Shown here one piece after another: positions 44,426 to 55,099 of a stretch of DNA of 64,000 nucleotides. The position numbers were made by a program, and so were the translations under genes. The notes below the pieces were generated by a model that was not told where the DNA came from, made no database searches, and worked only from the letters and a program-made list of their open reading frames with translations. The stretch's first letter is position 1. Each line of letters begins with the position of its first letter. The stretch lies in IMG/VR virus record IMGVR_UViG_3300023174_005338, positions 62,001-126,000 of that record; one strand, 5' to 3'.

Positions 44426-44644
44426 TTGGCCAAAGAAGACGTCATCAAAATGGAAGGTGTTATAGAAGAAGTTCTACCCAACACCATGTATCGGGTACGA
44501 ATCGAAAACTTTGACAAACCCGTTCTGGCCAGTCTCAATGGTCGCATGCGCATGAACAACATCAAGGTTCTAGGCGGCGATGTAGTCGAGCTAGAATTCA
44601 GCCCATACGATTTGACCCGAGGTCGCATCACTCGCCGGAGATAA
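44426..44644 (+). CDS. infA: Translation initiation factor IF-1
   Basis: MAKEDVIKMEGVIEEVLPN...RMRMNNIKVLGGD.V..EFSPYDLTRGRIT; TTG start. Confidence 0.95.
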   Translation: MAKEDVIKMEGVIEEVLPNTMYRVRIENFDKPVLASLNGRMRMNNIKVLGGDVVELEFSPYDLTRGRITRRR

Positions 44645-44652
44645 ATATCATT

Positions 44653-45207
44653 ATGCACTCCAGTATTCGTCAAGACCTAGATCTACTAGAAGCCACTACA
44701 CGTCCGGCCAAACTGGAAACCACACCTTTGCCCTATGCAGAAAACGGTCTGGATCCTGTGCTCAGCAAGGACAGCATCAACTATCACTACGAGCACTTGG
44801 CCAAGGGCTATGCCAAAAGATACAACGCCGGCGAAGGCAACGCCGATTTCAATCGTGCAGGCAGTTTCTTGCACAACAAGTTTTTCCCACAGCTGAAACC
44901 GCCCAAGGGTGCCAATCGCCCCCGAGGTGCTGTGCTAGAGCTCATTGAGTCAAACTTCAAAACCTATGAAGATTTCAAAGAAGCCATGAAGAAAGAATTT
45001 ATGTCTATTCAGGGAAGTGGATGGGTTTATCTTTCAACTGGTGGAGACATTAAAAAAATTGCTAACCATGCTGTGCGAACAGATATTGCAGTTTTAATTG
45101 ATGCTTGGGAACATGTATGGTCTACGGATTACCAGTGGAATAAAGAGGCATACTTTGATAACATCTGGAAAATCATCGATTGGGATGTAGTCAACGAACG
45201 TCTCTGA
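44653..45207 (+). CDS. sod: Fe/Mn superoxide dismutase-like protein
   Basis: LPY...LDP, YHY, LHN, GSGWVYL, DAWEH. Confidence 0.88.
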   Translation: MHSSIRQDLDLLEATTRPAKLETTPLPYAENGLDPVLSKDSINYHYEHLAKGYAKRYNAGEGNADFNRAGSFLHNKFFPQLKPPKGANRPRGAVLELIESNFKTYEDFKEAMKKEFMSIQGSGWVYLSTGGDIKKIANHAVRTDIAVLIDAWEHVWSTDYQWNKEAYFDNIWKIIDWDVVNERL

Positions 45208-45237
45208 CATAAATACTTGTGGGAACACACAAGGACT

Positions 45238-45885
45238 ATGTCAAAAAATTACAGAAAACTTTACGAACGCTATCACAAATGTTGTTTATTGCCCGGAACT
45301 GATATACATCATATCGACGGTAACCATGACAATAATGTTATTGCTAATTTACAAGCGGTAACTCTTCAAGAACACTATGACATTCACAAACAGCAAAACA
45401 ATCACTACGCATGTTTCATGATCGCTCAAAGAATGAAAATTAAACCAGAAGATTGGAAACAGATGGCCATAGAAAACGGTCGCAAATCTGCCATTAAAAA
45501 TAGAGATCAGGGAATAGGATTAACTGCTTGGATCAAGAACAATCCTGAGTTGGCTCAACAAATGAGATCTCAAAATGGAAAGAAAAGTGGCAAGATAGCC
45601 AAAGAACAAAAACTTGGTATACATTCTCTAAGTCCGGAAGAAAAAAAACTTATTGCTTCGATGGGTGGTCAAAAAGCATCTGAATTAGGAATGGGATTCA
45701 AATTAGGACATGCTTCTAGAGCAGGATCAGTTGGAGGCAAAAAAGGTGGGGCATACGCAAAAAAACATCGCACAGGGATTTTTGCCTTGACTCCTGAACA
45801 GAATAAACAAAGGCATTTCAATTCTGTGGTAACTAAAATGATAAAGGGTGGTAAGGCAAGTGCCTGGCCAAGAGAGAAAATATGA
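45238..45885 (+). mobile_element. HNH homing endonuclease
   Basis: IHHIDGNHDNN..ANL..V...EH..IH; C-terminal Gly/Lys-rich repeats; AT-rich. Confidence 0.85.
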
Positions 45886-46208
45886 TCACAGTAACTGAAT
45901 CAGCTGCGGCAAAAATCCAAGACATCTTGGCCGAAGAAAACAACGCCAATCTCAAACTGCGTGTATTTGTACAAGGTGGAGGTTGTAGCGGAATGACCTA
46001 TGGATTTACCTTGGATGAAACTCAAAACGAAGACGACTGGGATCTTGAAATCGCTGGTGTAAAAGTCCTGGTTGACTCCATGAGCGGTGGCTATCTGCAA
46101 GGTGCCAAAATTGACTACCGAGACGATGTCATGGGTGCCAGTTTTATCATCAACAATCCCCAAGCCCAGACCACCTGCGGTTGCGGCAGCAGTTTTAGCC
46201 CCTACTAA
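45882..46208 (+). CDS. erpA: Fe-S cluster A-type carrier (HesB/IscA/ErpA)
   Basis: [26 protein letters not shown]. Confidence 0.92.
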   Translation: MITVTESAAAKIQDILAEENNANLKLRVFVQGGGCSGMTYGFTLDETQNEDDWDLEIAGVKVLVDSMSGGYLQGAKIDYRDDVMGASFIINNPQAQTTCGCGSSFSPY

Positions 46209-46268
46209 AATACCCCCAACACCCAAGAGTTTGCCTGCTGGTAAATACAAGCCAGAGGACGATTATCT

Positions 46269-48308
46269 ATGACTCAACTTACGATTGTTACCACACCCAC
46301 AAATTCTGGCGACGGTACCCCATTAGCAACTGCATTTAACTATTGCAACAGCAATTTTAACGAGTTGTATGCTCGATTTCAAGTTGATCCACCTGCGTCT
46401 TTGATAGGAACAACCGGTGATGTTCCTGGAATGTATGCTGTAGATTCTACTTATTTTTATTACTGTTTTGACGCCTATGATGGTGTCAGTACTATTTGGA
46501 GTCAAGTAACCCAAGTTGGCAACATAACCGTTAGCTCAATCAGCAGTGGCACCAGCAACGTAGCAATCGTTAACATCAGCGGTAACGTGGTTACCCGCAT
46601 AGGTGGTACTGAACTGTTGAACGTATCTCCCACTGGGATGTTTGTGAATGGGGGAATCAATGCCGCTGCAAACATCAGAGCCGAATATTTTGTCGGCAAT
46701 GGTAGCAGACTTACCGGACTTGCTGCTACCTATAGCAATGCCAATGTGGTCAGTTTATTGTCCGCTTTTGGATCCAACGTTATTTCGACCACGGGCACAG
46801 TGACAGCAGGCAATATCACTGGCGGTAATTTGCTCACCAACAACCGTATCAGTGCCACTGGTAACATTACAACCAGTGGCTTCTTTGTGGGTAACTTTGC
46901 TGGAAACATCACTGGTACCATCACCAATGTACCAGGGCCAGGCGGCGCTGTGTTATACAATGACGGCACTGGCAATGTGGCTGCTACGGCTGGATTAGTA
47001 TTTAACAACAGTGGTCCTAACGTATTAACTGTTCAAGGATCATACAGTGCCACTGGTGGTGTCATTGCTGCTGGCAACATCACAGGCGGCAACCTAAGCG
47101 GTACTAACATCACAGGTACCTTGACCACAGCCGCCCAGACCAACATTACTTCGTTAGGAACCCTGACCAGTTTGAGCGTGTCAGGCAACGTACAGGGTGG
47201 TAATTTAAGGACCGCTGGACAGATATCAGCCACAGGCAACATAAGAACTGCTGCTTATCTTTTTGCAGGTCAAGACGTCAACGTAAGTGGCGACGTCACT
47301 GCCACGTCCTACACAGGCACAAGTTCCAGCCTGTCGGGCAATGTCACTGGTGGTAACATACGCACCAGTGGGCACGTAAGTGCCACGGGCAATGTCACAG
47401 GCAACTATTTCATTGGCAATGGCAGCCAACTTACCAATTTAATTACCAACACCATACAAAACGGCAATTCAAATGTGTTGATTGGTTCCAGCGCAGGCAA
47501 TGTGTCGATCAATGTCAATGGTATAAGTCCTGTTGTTACTATCAGCCCACTTGGGATGGCCTTGGTTGGCAATCTATCTGCTACAACATCTATCACCGGC
47601 GGTAATTTGTTTACTGGTGGAGAAATAAGTGCCACTGGAGACATACGTGGAGGCAATATTAGAACCAATGGTGTGTCGTCAGCCACTGGCAATGTCACGG
47701 CTGGTAACGTGATCACAGGTGGACAAGTTAGTGCCACTGGCAATATCACTGGTGGTAACATCTTTTCCAGTGGATTGATTTCAGCCACAGGCAACATCAC
47801 CGGCGGCAATGTCACAGTTTCTACGGGCACTATCACAGTTGGAAACATTGTCAACGGCAATGGAAATACTGTGGGCAACATTGGAACGTCTACAAATTAT
47901 TTTAACACAGTATTTGCCCAAGCCACTTCAGCACAGTACGCTGACCTAGCAGAAAATTACAAATCTGATTCCATGTATGCCCCGGGTACTGTGGTTGTGT
48001 TTGGTGGTGATCAGGAAATAACCATCAGCCGCGAAGCAGCCGACGAACGTGTGGCTGGTGTGATCAGTACCAATCCCGCTCACCTGATGAATGCGGGGCA
48101 ACCAGGACTGCCAGTGGCCCTGCGTGGACGTGTGCCGGTCATGGTCATGGGACCTGTGTTCAAAGGTGACAGTTTGGTTACCAGTGACACTTCTGGGCAT
48201 GCTCAAAGTGTGGGTCGTGATCGATCCTATGGCCAGGCTGTGTTTGCCAAGGCTATTGAAACCAATACCAGCCCGGGCGAAAAAATTATTCAAGCTGTAA
48301 TCTTGTAA
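46269..48308 (+). CDS. Tail fibre/baseplate-associated structural protein with repeats and C-terminal chaperone-like domain
   Basis: NSGDGTPLATAF N-terminus, SATGNITGGN repeats, YADLAENY...VAGVISTNP...VALRGRVP. Confidence 0.8.
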   Translation: MTQLTIVTTPTNSGDGTPLATAFNYCNSNFNELYARFQVDPPASLIGTTGDVPGMYAVDSTYFYYCFDAYDGVSTIWSQVTQVGNITVSSISSGTSNVAIVNISGNVVTRIGGTELLNVSPTGMFVNGGINAAANIRAEYFVGNGSRLTGLAATYSNANVVSLLSAFGSNVISTTGTVTAGNITGGNLLTNNRISATGNITTSGFFVGNFAGNITGTITNVPGPGGAVLYNDGTGNVAATAGLVFNNSGPNVLTVQGSYSATGGVIAAGNITGGNLSGTNITGTLTTAAQTNITSLGTLTSLSVSGNVQGGNLRTAGQISATGNIRTAAYLFAGQDVNVSGDVTATSYTGTSSSLSGNVTGGNIRTSGHVSATGNVTGNYFIGNGSQLTNLITNTIQNGNSNVLIGSSAGNVSINVNGISPVVTISPLGMALVGNLSATTSITGGNLFTGGEISATGDIRGGNIRTNGVSSATGNVTAGNVITGGQVSATGNITGGNIFSSGLISATGNITGGNVTVSTGTITVGNIVNGNGNTVGNIGTSTNYFNTVFAQATSAQYADLAENYKSDSMYAPGTVVVFGGDQEITISREAADERVAGVISTNPAHLMNAGQPGLPVALRGRVPVMVMGPVFKGDSLVTSDTSGHAQSVGRDRSYGQAVFAKAIETNTSPGEKIIQAVIL

Positions 48309-48309
48309 T

Positions 48310-50685
48310 ATGTCCACTCAACCAACATGGGTCACTCCTCCAGGAACACTAGGAACCATACCCGAAGGTGTGTTCTATAGCACTCCCTTGGTGGCAACGG
48401 CCAGCAACACAGTTTTTTATTCGGTCATAGCCGGTAGATTGCCACCCGGTATCCAGATAGACCAAACTGGTATTCTGAGTGGAAACCCCTTGGCCACTAG
48501 TGATGCACAAGGTGTGCCCGCAGATGTGATCAATGATACCACCAGCCAGTTTGCTGTGCGTGCTTATACCAAGACCACGATCAACGGTGTAACTGTGATC
48601 ACAGGCCTGGCAGATCGCACATTTACCATAACAGTCACTGGCCAAAGCACAGTGACCTGGGTCACACCGGCCGGCAACATAGCTACATTTTTTGATGGTG
48701 AACAGATTGATCCTGTTACCTTGCAGTACACGGATCCCGACATCTATTCCACCAATACAGTCACGGTCATTGCCGGCGCATTGCCCACTGGATTGACTGT
48801 GTCCACAGCCGGAGTGATCACAGGATATATTACTCCCAATCCCGATGCCACAGTCACAGAAACCACATATTCATTCACGCTGAGAGTGACCAATGGGTTG
48901 ACCAGCGACGTGAGAACCTTTAATATACTGGTGTATGCTCGCAGTCTTATGACTGCGGACAATACCTTTGTCACAGCCGACAATACCTTTATCACAGCCG
49001 ACATCAGTCCTGTGCAATCACCCATCATAATCACGCCCACCGGCAGCATCGGTTCCACACGCAGTGACAATTTTTATGCATTTCAGTTTTTGGGTCTGGA
49101 TTTTGGAGGCAATGCCATTGAATTTGTTGCTACCACTGCACTGCCGCCAGGCCTGACTCTTGACCCGGTGTCGGGATGGATGTATGGATACATTCCATTT
49201 GGTGGAGTGTTGAGCGATCAATATGATTTCAGTCTAGTGGTCAGACAAATAGACAATCCCGCAGTGGTCAGTGGCAACTATGATTTTAGCCTGACCATCA
49301 CTGGTCCTGTAAATTCAGATGTGATCTGGCTGACACCTGCTGATCCGGTAGAACTGGCTCGCACTCCCAGCAGTCTGGGTTTTATTGACAACGGAGCCAC
49401 CAGTACTTTTTATGTAGCCGCTGAAAATGTGTCAGGCATACCTTTGTTGTACAGACTGTTGAGTGGCAGCGATAGTCAATTACCGCAAGGTCTACAACTG
49501 TTGCCATCGGGTCACATAGCAGGACGTGTCAGCTTCAATACTTTTTGTTTAGACAGCGGTGCCACTGTGTTTGATGTGGGTCTCAACACCGTGGATCAAC
49601 CCACTACTTTTGACATGGTGGCCACGTTCACTGTCAATGCCTACAGCATCAACGGCATTGTCAGTGTAAACAAGACATTTAGTATCACTGTGGTCAGACG
49701 CTATGACCAACCTTTTGACAATCTTTACATACAGGCCATGCCACCACAACAAGATCGAGATATCTTGGCCAGCCTGTTGCAAAGTCCTAATATATTTGTA
49801 CCTGACTTGATTTATCGCGCAGATGACCCCAATTTTGGTGTGGCGCGACGTGTAATCTACAATCATGCTTATGGACTCACAGCTGCCACGTTGGACGAGT
49901 ATGTGGCCAGTCTTGACCTCAACCACTATTGGAAAAATCTAGTGTTGGGCGAGATACGCACAGCCCAGGCCCTGGACGATGCTGGCAACGTGATCTATGA
50001 AGTGGTTTACAGCACTGTTGTTGACAATTTGGTCAACAATGACGGCGAGAGTGTGGGCAAACAAGTGGTGTTGCCGTTTCCTATCAATGCAGATGATTCC
50101 ACACAGATTGACAGCGTGTATCCCAACAGTTTACAAAACATGCGTGATCAGGTCATAGACACGGTAGGTCAAGTCAGCCGTGTGTTGCCCAGATGGATGC
50201 TGAGTCGTCAGGCCAATGGCACTGTGCTGGGTTTTACTCCTGCCTGGGTCATAGCCTATGTCAAACCCGGACAAAGTGGACAAATAGCCTACAACATCCA
50301 GACTTTGTTTCAGTCACAGCTTAATCTAATAGACTTCAAGGTGGATCGCTATGAGCTGGACAACTTCTTGACCAAGCACTGGGATCGCCAAGATCAACAT
50401 TGGACTCCACAACCTCCCACATTGACCACTTTTGATCAGAGCCGCGCATTGGCCACCTGGATCAACAATGCCAACGTGATCTGTACCTGGGAGGACAATT
50501 TCAGCACTCTGGCCACTTGGACCTACGGTACTCCAGGTGCCAACAATCTTGGTACCATATTTGATGGCGGCAGTCTGCAATTCATAACACCTGTGGACAT
50601 GTATAGTGGTGACAACAGTACTACTACCAACACCACAGAATTTGATAAATATCTGGTATTTCCAAAAATAAACATTTTACAATAG
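48310..50685 (+). CDS. Ig-like-domain structural protein (baseplate/neck region)
   Basis: PTWVTPPG.LG, LPPGIQI..TGILSG repeats, TADNTF repeats. Confidence 0.75.
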   Translation: MSTQPTWVTPPGTLGTIPEGVFYSTPLVATASNTVFYSVIAGRLPPGIQIDQTGILSGNPLATSDAQGVPADVINDTTSQFAVRAYTKTTINGVTVITGLADRTFTITVTGQSTVTWVTPAGNIATFFDGEQIDPVTLQYTDPDIYSTNTVTVIAGALPTGLTVSTAGVITGYITPNPDATVTETTYSFTLRVTNGLTSDVRTFNILVYARSLMTADNTFVTADNTFITADISPVQSPIIITPTGSIGSTRSDNFYAFQFLGLDFGGNAIEFVATTALPPGLTLDPVSGWMYGYIPFGGVLSDQYDFSLVVRQIDNPAVVSGNYDFSLTITGPVNSDVIWLTPADPVELARTPSSLGFIDNGATSTFYVAAENVSGIPLLYRLLSGSDSQLPQGLQLLPSGHIAGRVSFNTFCLDSGATVFDVGLNTVDQPTTFDMVATFTVNAYSINGIVSVNKTFSITVVRRYDQPFDNLYIQAMPPQQDRDILASLLQSPNIFVPDLIYRADDPNFGVARRVIYNHAYGLTAATLDEYVASLDLNHYWKNLVLGEIRTAQALDDAGNVIYEVVYSTVVDNLVNNDGESVGKQVVLPFPINADDSTQIDSVYPNSLQNMRDQVIDTVGQVSRVLPRWMLSRQANGTVLGFTPAWVIAYVKPGQSGQIAYNIQTLFQSQLNLIDFKVDRYELDNFLTKHWDRQDQHWTPQPPTLTTFDQSRALATWINNANVICTWEDNFSTLATWTYGTPGANNLGTIFDGGSLQFITPVDMYSGDNSTTTNTTEFDKYLVFPKINILQ

Positions 50686-50692
50686 GTTTTTT

Positions 50693-51679
50693 ATGACGAC
50701 AGTTCCATACACATTTGGCAATGAAGAAAGTCCAATTCCGCTGAGTCAGCTGGATGCCAACTTTGCGGTAACTCCGCAGTTTGCCAACGCCGCTGGCAAT
50801 GTGACCAATGCTGTACAAGCCAATATTACCAGTGTGGGCACCTTGACTTCGTTGTCTGTGAGTGGCAACGTCAACGCAGGAAATTACCGCACTGCAGGTT
50901 CGATCAGTGCCACCGGGAACATTGACACAGGAAATGTCCGCACAGGTGGTGTGGTCAGTGCATTTGGTACAATAACCGGCGGTAGTTTCGCCACAGCAGG
51001 AACAGCCAGTGCTACCGGCACTGTCACAGCCGGAAATGTGTTAACCGGAGGACTTGTCAGTGCCACAGGTAACATCACTGGTGGTAACATCACCACTGCT
51101 GGACGAATAAGTGCTCAAGGAAATATTACAGCTCAAGGTATAGTGTCAGCTATTGGTAATATTGTAACCGCTGCAAATTTTGTTGGAAATTTTTTAGGAA
51201 ACATCACTGGTAATCTCAGTGTTGGCGGCGCCAATACTCAGGTGTTGTTCAACAGCAACGGAAACGTTGGTGCAGCAGGCGGACTGACTTATGACTCTGG
51301 ATCTAACACTCTTGGTATTTTAGGGACAGTTAGTGCTCAAGGAAATATATTTGGTGGAAATCTTGTGATTGCTGGAATTACTCAATTGGTCGGTGTGGCC
51401 ACAGCACCTACAGCACCCAATGCCACTTCCAACAATCAAGTAGCCTCTACAGCATTTGTGCAGAATCAGATCAATCAAAATGCCAATGCAGTCAACATCA
51501 CCGGTGGCAACATCACTGTTACCAGCCTTAACGCTGCAGGTTTTAACACCACCAACTGGACCGTGCGCGAATTTGGCGGCAATTTGTTTTTCCAATACCT
51601 AGGAGCCAACAAAGCCAAATTAGACAGCAACGGTAACTTTACTACCACTGGCAACGTGACAGGATTTGGAACCTTGTGA
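50693..51679 (+). CDS. Tail fibre-like structural protein
   Basis: IPLSQLDANF N-terminus, SATGN repeats. Confidence 0.75.
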   Translation: MTTVPYTFGNEESPIPLSQLDANFAVTPQFANAAGNVTNAVQANITSVGTLTSLSVSGNVNAGNYRTAGSISATGNIDTGNVRTGGVVSAFGTITGGSFATAGTASATGTVTAGNVLTGGLVSATGNITGGNITTAGRISAQGNITAQGIVSAIGNIVTAANFVGNFLGNITGNLSVGGANTQVLFNSNGNVGAAGGLTYDSGSNTLGILGTVSAQGNIFGGNLVIAGITQLVGVATAPTAPNATSNNQVASTAFVQNQINQNANAVNITGGNITVTSLNAAGFNTTNWTVREFGGNLFFQYLGANKAKLDSNGNFTTTGNVTGFGTL

Positions 51680-52614
51680 TGGCCTTGCCCGAGAGTGGAC
51701 CATTATCCTTGTCAGACATACAGGCCGAATTTGGCGGTACAAATCCCATCAGCCTCAACGAATACTACAAAGGTGGCGCATTCGTGCTCAACACAGACTA
51801 TGCTCCCAATGTGCCTACGTCTGGCACTATCAATATCAGCGATTTTTACGGTGCTAGAAAAACCACTCTGACCACACTGACATTTAACGCGGTTGGCGAT
51901 AATTTCTTTACTTTACCAGCCACTGTTGTGGGCAATTTGGTTGTTACCATGACCGGTGCTGGTGGTGGCGGTGGTGGACCAGATTCACAACCTGGCGCCA
52001 GTGGATATGGCGGACTGATTGTTACCAATGCTCAAATACCAGTCAGTGCAGGTGACATTGTTAATGCCTATGTAGGTGGCGGCGGTGGCGCCGGCGGCAG
52101 TGGTGGTGGAGGTGGTGGTGGTGGCGGTAAAATTATTTGTACTAAACTGTATGAACTTGGTTTAATGAGCAAAGAAATATATCTAGCAGATCAAGCATTT
52201 GGTGCAGAGTTAGTTCAAGTGCGTCCAGATGTTTATAATGGATATCGTGCTTGGGCAGAGATTGTGGTAGATTGGATGGATGGTGCTGGTCCCAAGATGA
52301 TGCCGTGGATGACGGCCGAAGAATTTAGCGCAGCGGCCAAACTTTGGTCTACCGCCTGGGCCGTAGATATCGCTACACCATGGGCAGAAGAAATGGCCTA
52401 CAAGATGGGCAAAAAAGAATCAGGCAGTTTAACAGGACGTATGATTACAGCCACAGGCATTCCAATTTGCAAAGTGGTTGGAGTTTGGCAACGGGTGTTT
52501 GGGCCCAGCAAGAAGCCTGCAGGATTTGTCAAGGGTGCCATGTTGATTCCGGTGTTTGTATTGTTTAAATTAGTGGCTGAACTGGGTCGATTGATTGAAA
52601 GTAAAAAATCATGA
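51676..52614 (+). CDS. Gly-rich tail protein N-part fused to a KIICT-type C-terminal domain
   Basis: MALPESGPLSLSDIQAEFGG...PISLNEYY; GAGGGGGG; GGGGKIICTKLYELG...GYRAWA. Confidence 0.75.
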   Translation: MMALPESGPLSLSDIQAEFGGTNPISLNEYYKGGAFVLNTDYAPNVPTSGTINISDFYGARKTTLTTLTFNAVGDNFFTLPATVVGNLVVTMTGAGGGGGGPDSQPGASGYGGLIVTNAQIPVSAGDIVNAYVGGGGGAGGSGGGGGGGGGKIICTKLYELGLMSKEIYLADQAFGAELVQVRPDVYNGYRAWAEIVVDWMDGAGPKMMPWMTAEEFSAAAKLWSTAWAVDIATPWAEEMAYKMGKKESGSLTGRMITATGIPICKVVGVWQRVFGPSKKPAGFVKGAMLIPVFVLFKLVAELGRLIESKKS

Positions 52615-52811
52615 TAGATATAATAAATCACAACATACAAAATCTAACAGCCAGTGAACAAGATCAACTGTTCCGGATGCTGACGGATCATGCTAGAATT
52701 TTAATCAAACTGGTGCCCGACGCAGCGTTGTTGAAATACATCGTGAGTGGATATACCACCAACAATGATCCGGTTATCCAGGCCTATACCGCTTGGAAAC
52801 TCTCAAACTAA
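52611..52811 (+). CDS. Hypothetical protein
   Basis: ATGA-coupled 66-aa ORF. Confidence 0.6.
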   Translation: MIDIINHNIQNLTASEQDQLFRMLTDHARILIKLVPDAALLKYIVSGYTTNNDPVIQAYTAWKLSN

Positions 52812-52823
52812 TCAGGAACACAC

Positions 52824-53276
52824 ATGCCAGGATCAGATTATGCAGGTGGACTAGGTGGCAGTTTTGGTGGTGCTGGCTTCAGCGGTGGTGGTGGTGGTGG
52901 CGGGTCAGCTTCGGTAATATTCGTCAATGGTGTGGCCAAAGCTGTAGCCGGTGGTGGCGGTGGTGGGGGCGGTGGTGGGCAGTTTAGTGCTGGTAGACCC
53001 AATCAAGGCACTCCTGGAACAGCCGGAACCACACAAGGAGCTCCGGGCCAGGGCAAGGGCAGCGGCGATGGTGCCGGTGGCGGTGGCGGTGGCGGTGGCC
53101 AAAATGGTGGTGCTGGTGGATCTACTTTAGGTGGCGACGATGGTGCTTTTTCAGGTGAAAACGGCAACTGTTTGGCACCCGGTGGGGGTGTTATAACCGG
53201 GGGTGTTGCAGGCGGGGGCGGAGCCCCTGACACGGTCGGGCCGGCTGGCACTATAACCATAAGCTATTATTCTTAA
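52824..53276 (+). CDS. Gly-rich tail domain, C-terminal part
   Basis: GGGGGGGSASVI...AVAGGGGGGGGG...GTITISY; CAGGA RBS. Confidence 0.75.
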   Translation: MPGSDYAGGLGGSFGGAGFSGGGGGGGSASVIFVNGVAKAVAGGGGGGGGGGQFSAGRPNQGTPGTAGTTQGAPGQGKGSGDGAGGGGGGGGQNGGAGGSTLGGDDGAFSGENGNCLAPGGGVITGGVAGGGGAPDTVGPAGTITISYYS

Positions 53277-53337
53277 CAAAAGTTTTAAACTCTGAATAAA
53301 TCTTTCATAAATATTAGAAAATAACCTAGGAACATTT

Positions 53338-54222
53338 ATGACCAGTAATATCAACCCAAACAACATAGACGGCGCTTATCCAGTGGCTGGCCAAGACAAC
53401 AACAGTCAAGGTTTCCGAGATAATTTTACCAATACTGCTACAAATTTTCAGTATGCTGCCGACGAAATCACTGACCTGCAGAACAACGCAGTATTGAAAT
53501 CAGCATTGGTCGGAACCACTCTGGACAACAACATGCAAGGATCTGTGTTGAGCAATGCACAATTGCAGGACATGAGCGAAACAGTGGTGCCATTGGGCAC
53601 GGTCAGCGGTACTACCACTATCAATTATGCTTTGGGCAGTTTTCAAACTTTGACCACCAATGGTGCAGTGGCCCTGGCCTTTAGCAATTTTCCTGCAGCG
53701 GGAGCACGCGGTTCTGTCACAGTGCAAGTCACCGTGGCCAATGTGATTCATACCTTGGTATTACCGTCATCTGTTTCGGTCAATGCTCTCGGAGTACAAG
53801 GACTTAACACATCCACTGGAGTCATAAGTTTTTCTTCTACCGGCGTATACAGTTTTACATTTTCCACATCCAACGGTGGAACCACGGTTTCACTTGTTGA
53901 AGTCAACAAACAAATACAACCATTCAACAACAGCTCTGAAAATCTAACTGACACGTCGGCTGCTAATTTGGCACTCACCACCAGCTATTTCAGCACTGTT
54001 ACTGCCAGCACAGCCACCTTGGCAGCCGGAGTCAACGGACAGATAAAAACTTTTGCTATGTATGCACAGTCTGGTAACATGGTAATCACCGTGGCCAATG
54101 CAGGTTGGAAAACATCCGGATCTGGTACCATTACATTCAATGCCATTGGTGAGGGTGTCATCTTGCAATACATCAACAGCAAATGGTTCTGTATCGGCAA
54201 CAATGGGGCTACGTTTGCCTAA
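53338..54222 (+). CDS. Putative virion structural protein
   Basis: IDGAYPVAGQDNNSQGFRDNF; ATAAATA box at 53307. Confidence 0.75.
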   Translation: MTSNINPNNIDGAYPVAGQDNNSQGFRDNFTNTATNFQYAADEITDLQNNAVLKSALVGTTLDNNMQGSVLSNAQLQDMSETVVPLGTVSGTTTINYALGSFQTLTTNGAVALAFSNFPAAGARGSVTVQVTVANVIHTLVLPSSVSVNALGVQGLNTSTGVISFSSTGVYSFTFSTSNGGTTVSLVEVNKQIQPFNNSSENLTDTSAANLALTTSYFSTVTASTATLAAGVNGQIKTFAMYAQSGNMVITVANAGWKTSGSGTITFNAIGEGVILQYINSKWFCIGNNGATFA

Positions 54223-54266
54223 TCAAAATCATTGACTTGGCTCAATGAATCATGTACAATTAAAGC

Positions 54267-54488
54267 ATGGAACATCCTTTAATTGGCAGTTTGGACGACT
54301 GTACCGCTGAACAACTGCTGGACAAGATCACCGAACTCAATAAAAAATTAGGCATAGCCATGCGCATGGGCAACCATTATTTGTGCAATCAACTGCGCAT
54401 GGCCATAGAAAGTCATCAGACCAAATATCAAGAAAAGATTCGATCTGGTCCCAACAACAACTTTGATGATGTGATCGACATATCATGA
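54267..54488 (+). CDS. Hypothetical protein
   Basis: Promoter TTGACT-N17-TACAAT (54232-54260), ATG 6 nt downstream. Confidence 0.7.
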   Translation: MEHPLIGSLDDCTAEQLLDKITELNKKLGIAMRMGNHYLCNQLRMAIESHQTKYQEKIRSGPNNNFDDVIDIS

Positions 54489-55099
54489 ACGTGCGACTCA
54501 AATACGATCTTGTGTTCACAGCCGGGGTATATCACGACAGCCGCCTGCGCATGAACAACTACAATCTCAGACTGTGGATGATCACCAACTCTGAAGATTA
54601 CACCGATCAAAACACATCATTTGAACGCATCAAGTACTTCATGTACAATCAAATTGACAGTGGTATTTTTATCAACACAGAACACGCCGAGCAGTGTAAA
54701 AAATTTGTAGTCGCTGGACTGAACATCACGACCATGCCAGGAGATCCTACAGACCAATTGGTGGGCATAATGTTATATCACAAACTCAATGCCATCATGG
54801 AAAATCGCATGATCATAGTGGAAACTGAACTGTCCAGTGTCTATGGCGAAAACATGACTTACTTGCACAACGAAAGCGAAAACACCTGGGGCATTGAATC
54901 ACCAGCCTGGTGGAACACTGTTGATCTTGTTCACAGCGACTTTGTGTCCAAAGATTCTGACAACATAGTGTCCATGACCTCTGGTACTACCTGGCGAGAT
55001 TTAGACATGGCCTGGGTCAATAACCCTGATACTAATACTGATGTTGCCACTGGCAACGTCGTATTTGCTGATTTCAAAGCGGATCATGAAGCAAAATAA
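54485..55099 (+). CDS. Hypothetical protein
   Basis: ATGA-coupled 204-aa ORF. Confidence 0.7.
   Translation: MNVRLKYDLVFTAGVYHDSRLRMNNYNLRLWMITNSEDYTDQNTSFERIKYFMYNQIDSGIFINTEHAEQCKKFVVAGLNITTMPGDPTDQLVGIMLYHKLNAIMENRMIIVETELSSVYGENMTYLHNESENTWGIESPAWWNTVDLVHSDFVSKDSDNIVSMTSGTTWRDLDMAWVNNPDTNTDVATGNVVFADFKADHEAK

Noticed and set aside
52130-52614. Canonical intein in the Gly-rich tail gene
   Set aside because: No C-terminal HN-(C/S/T) splice junction, and the downstream extein is a separate ORF; kept only as a possible processing tag.
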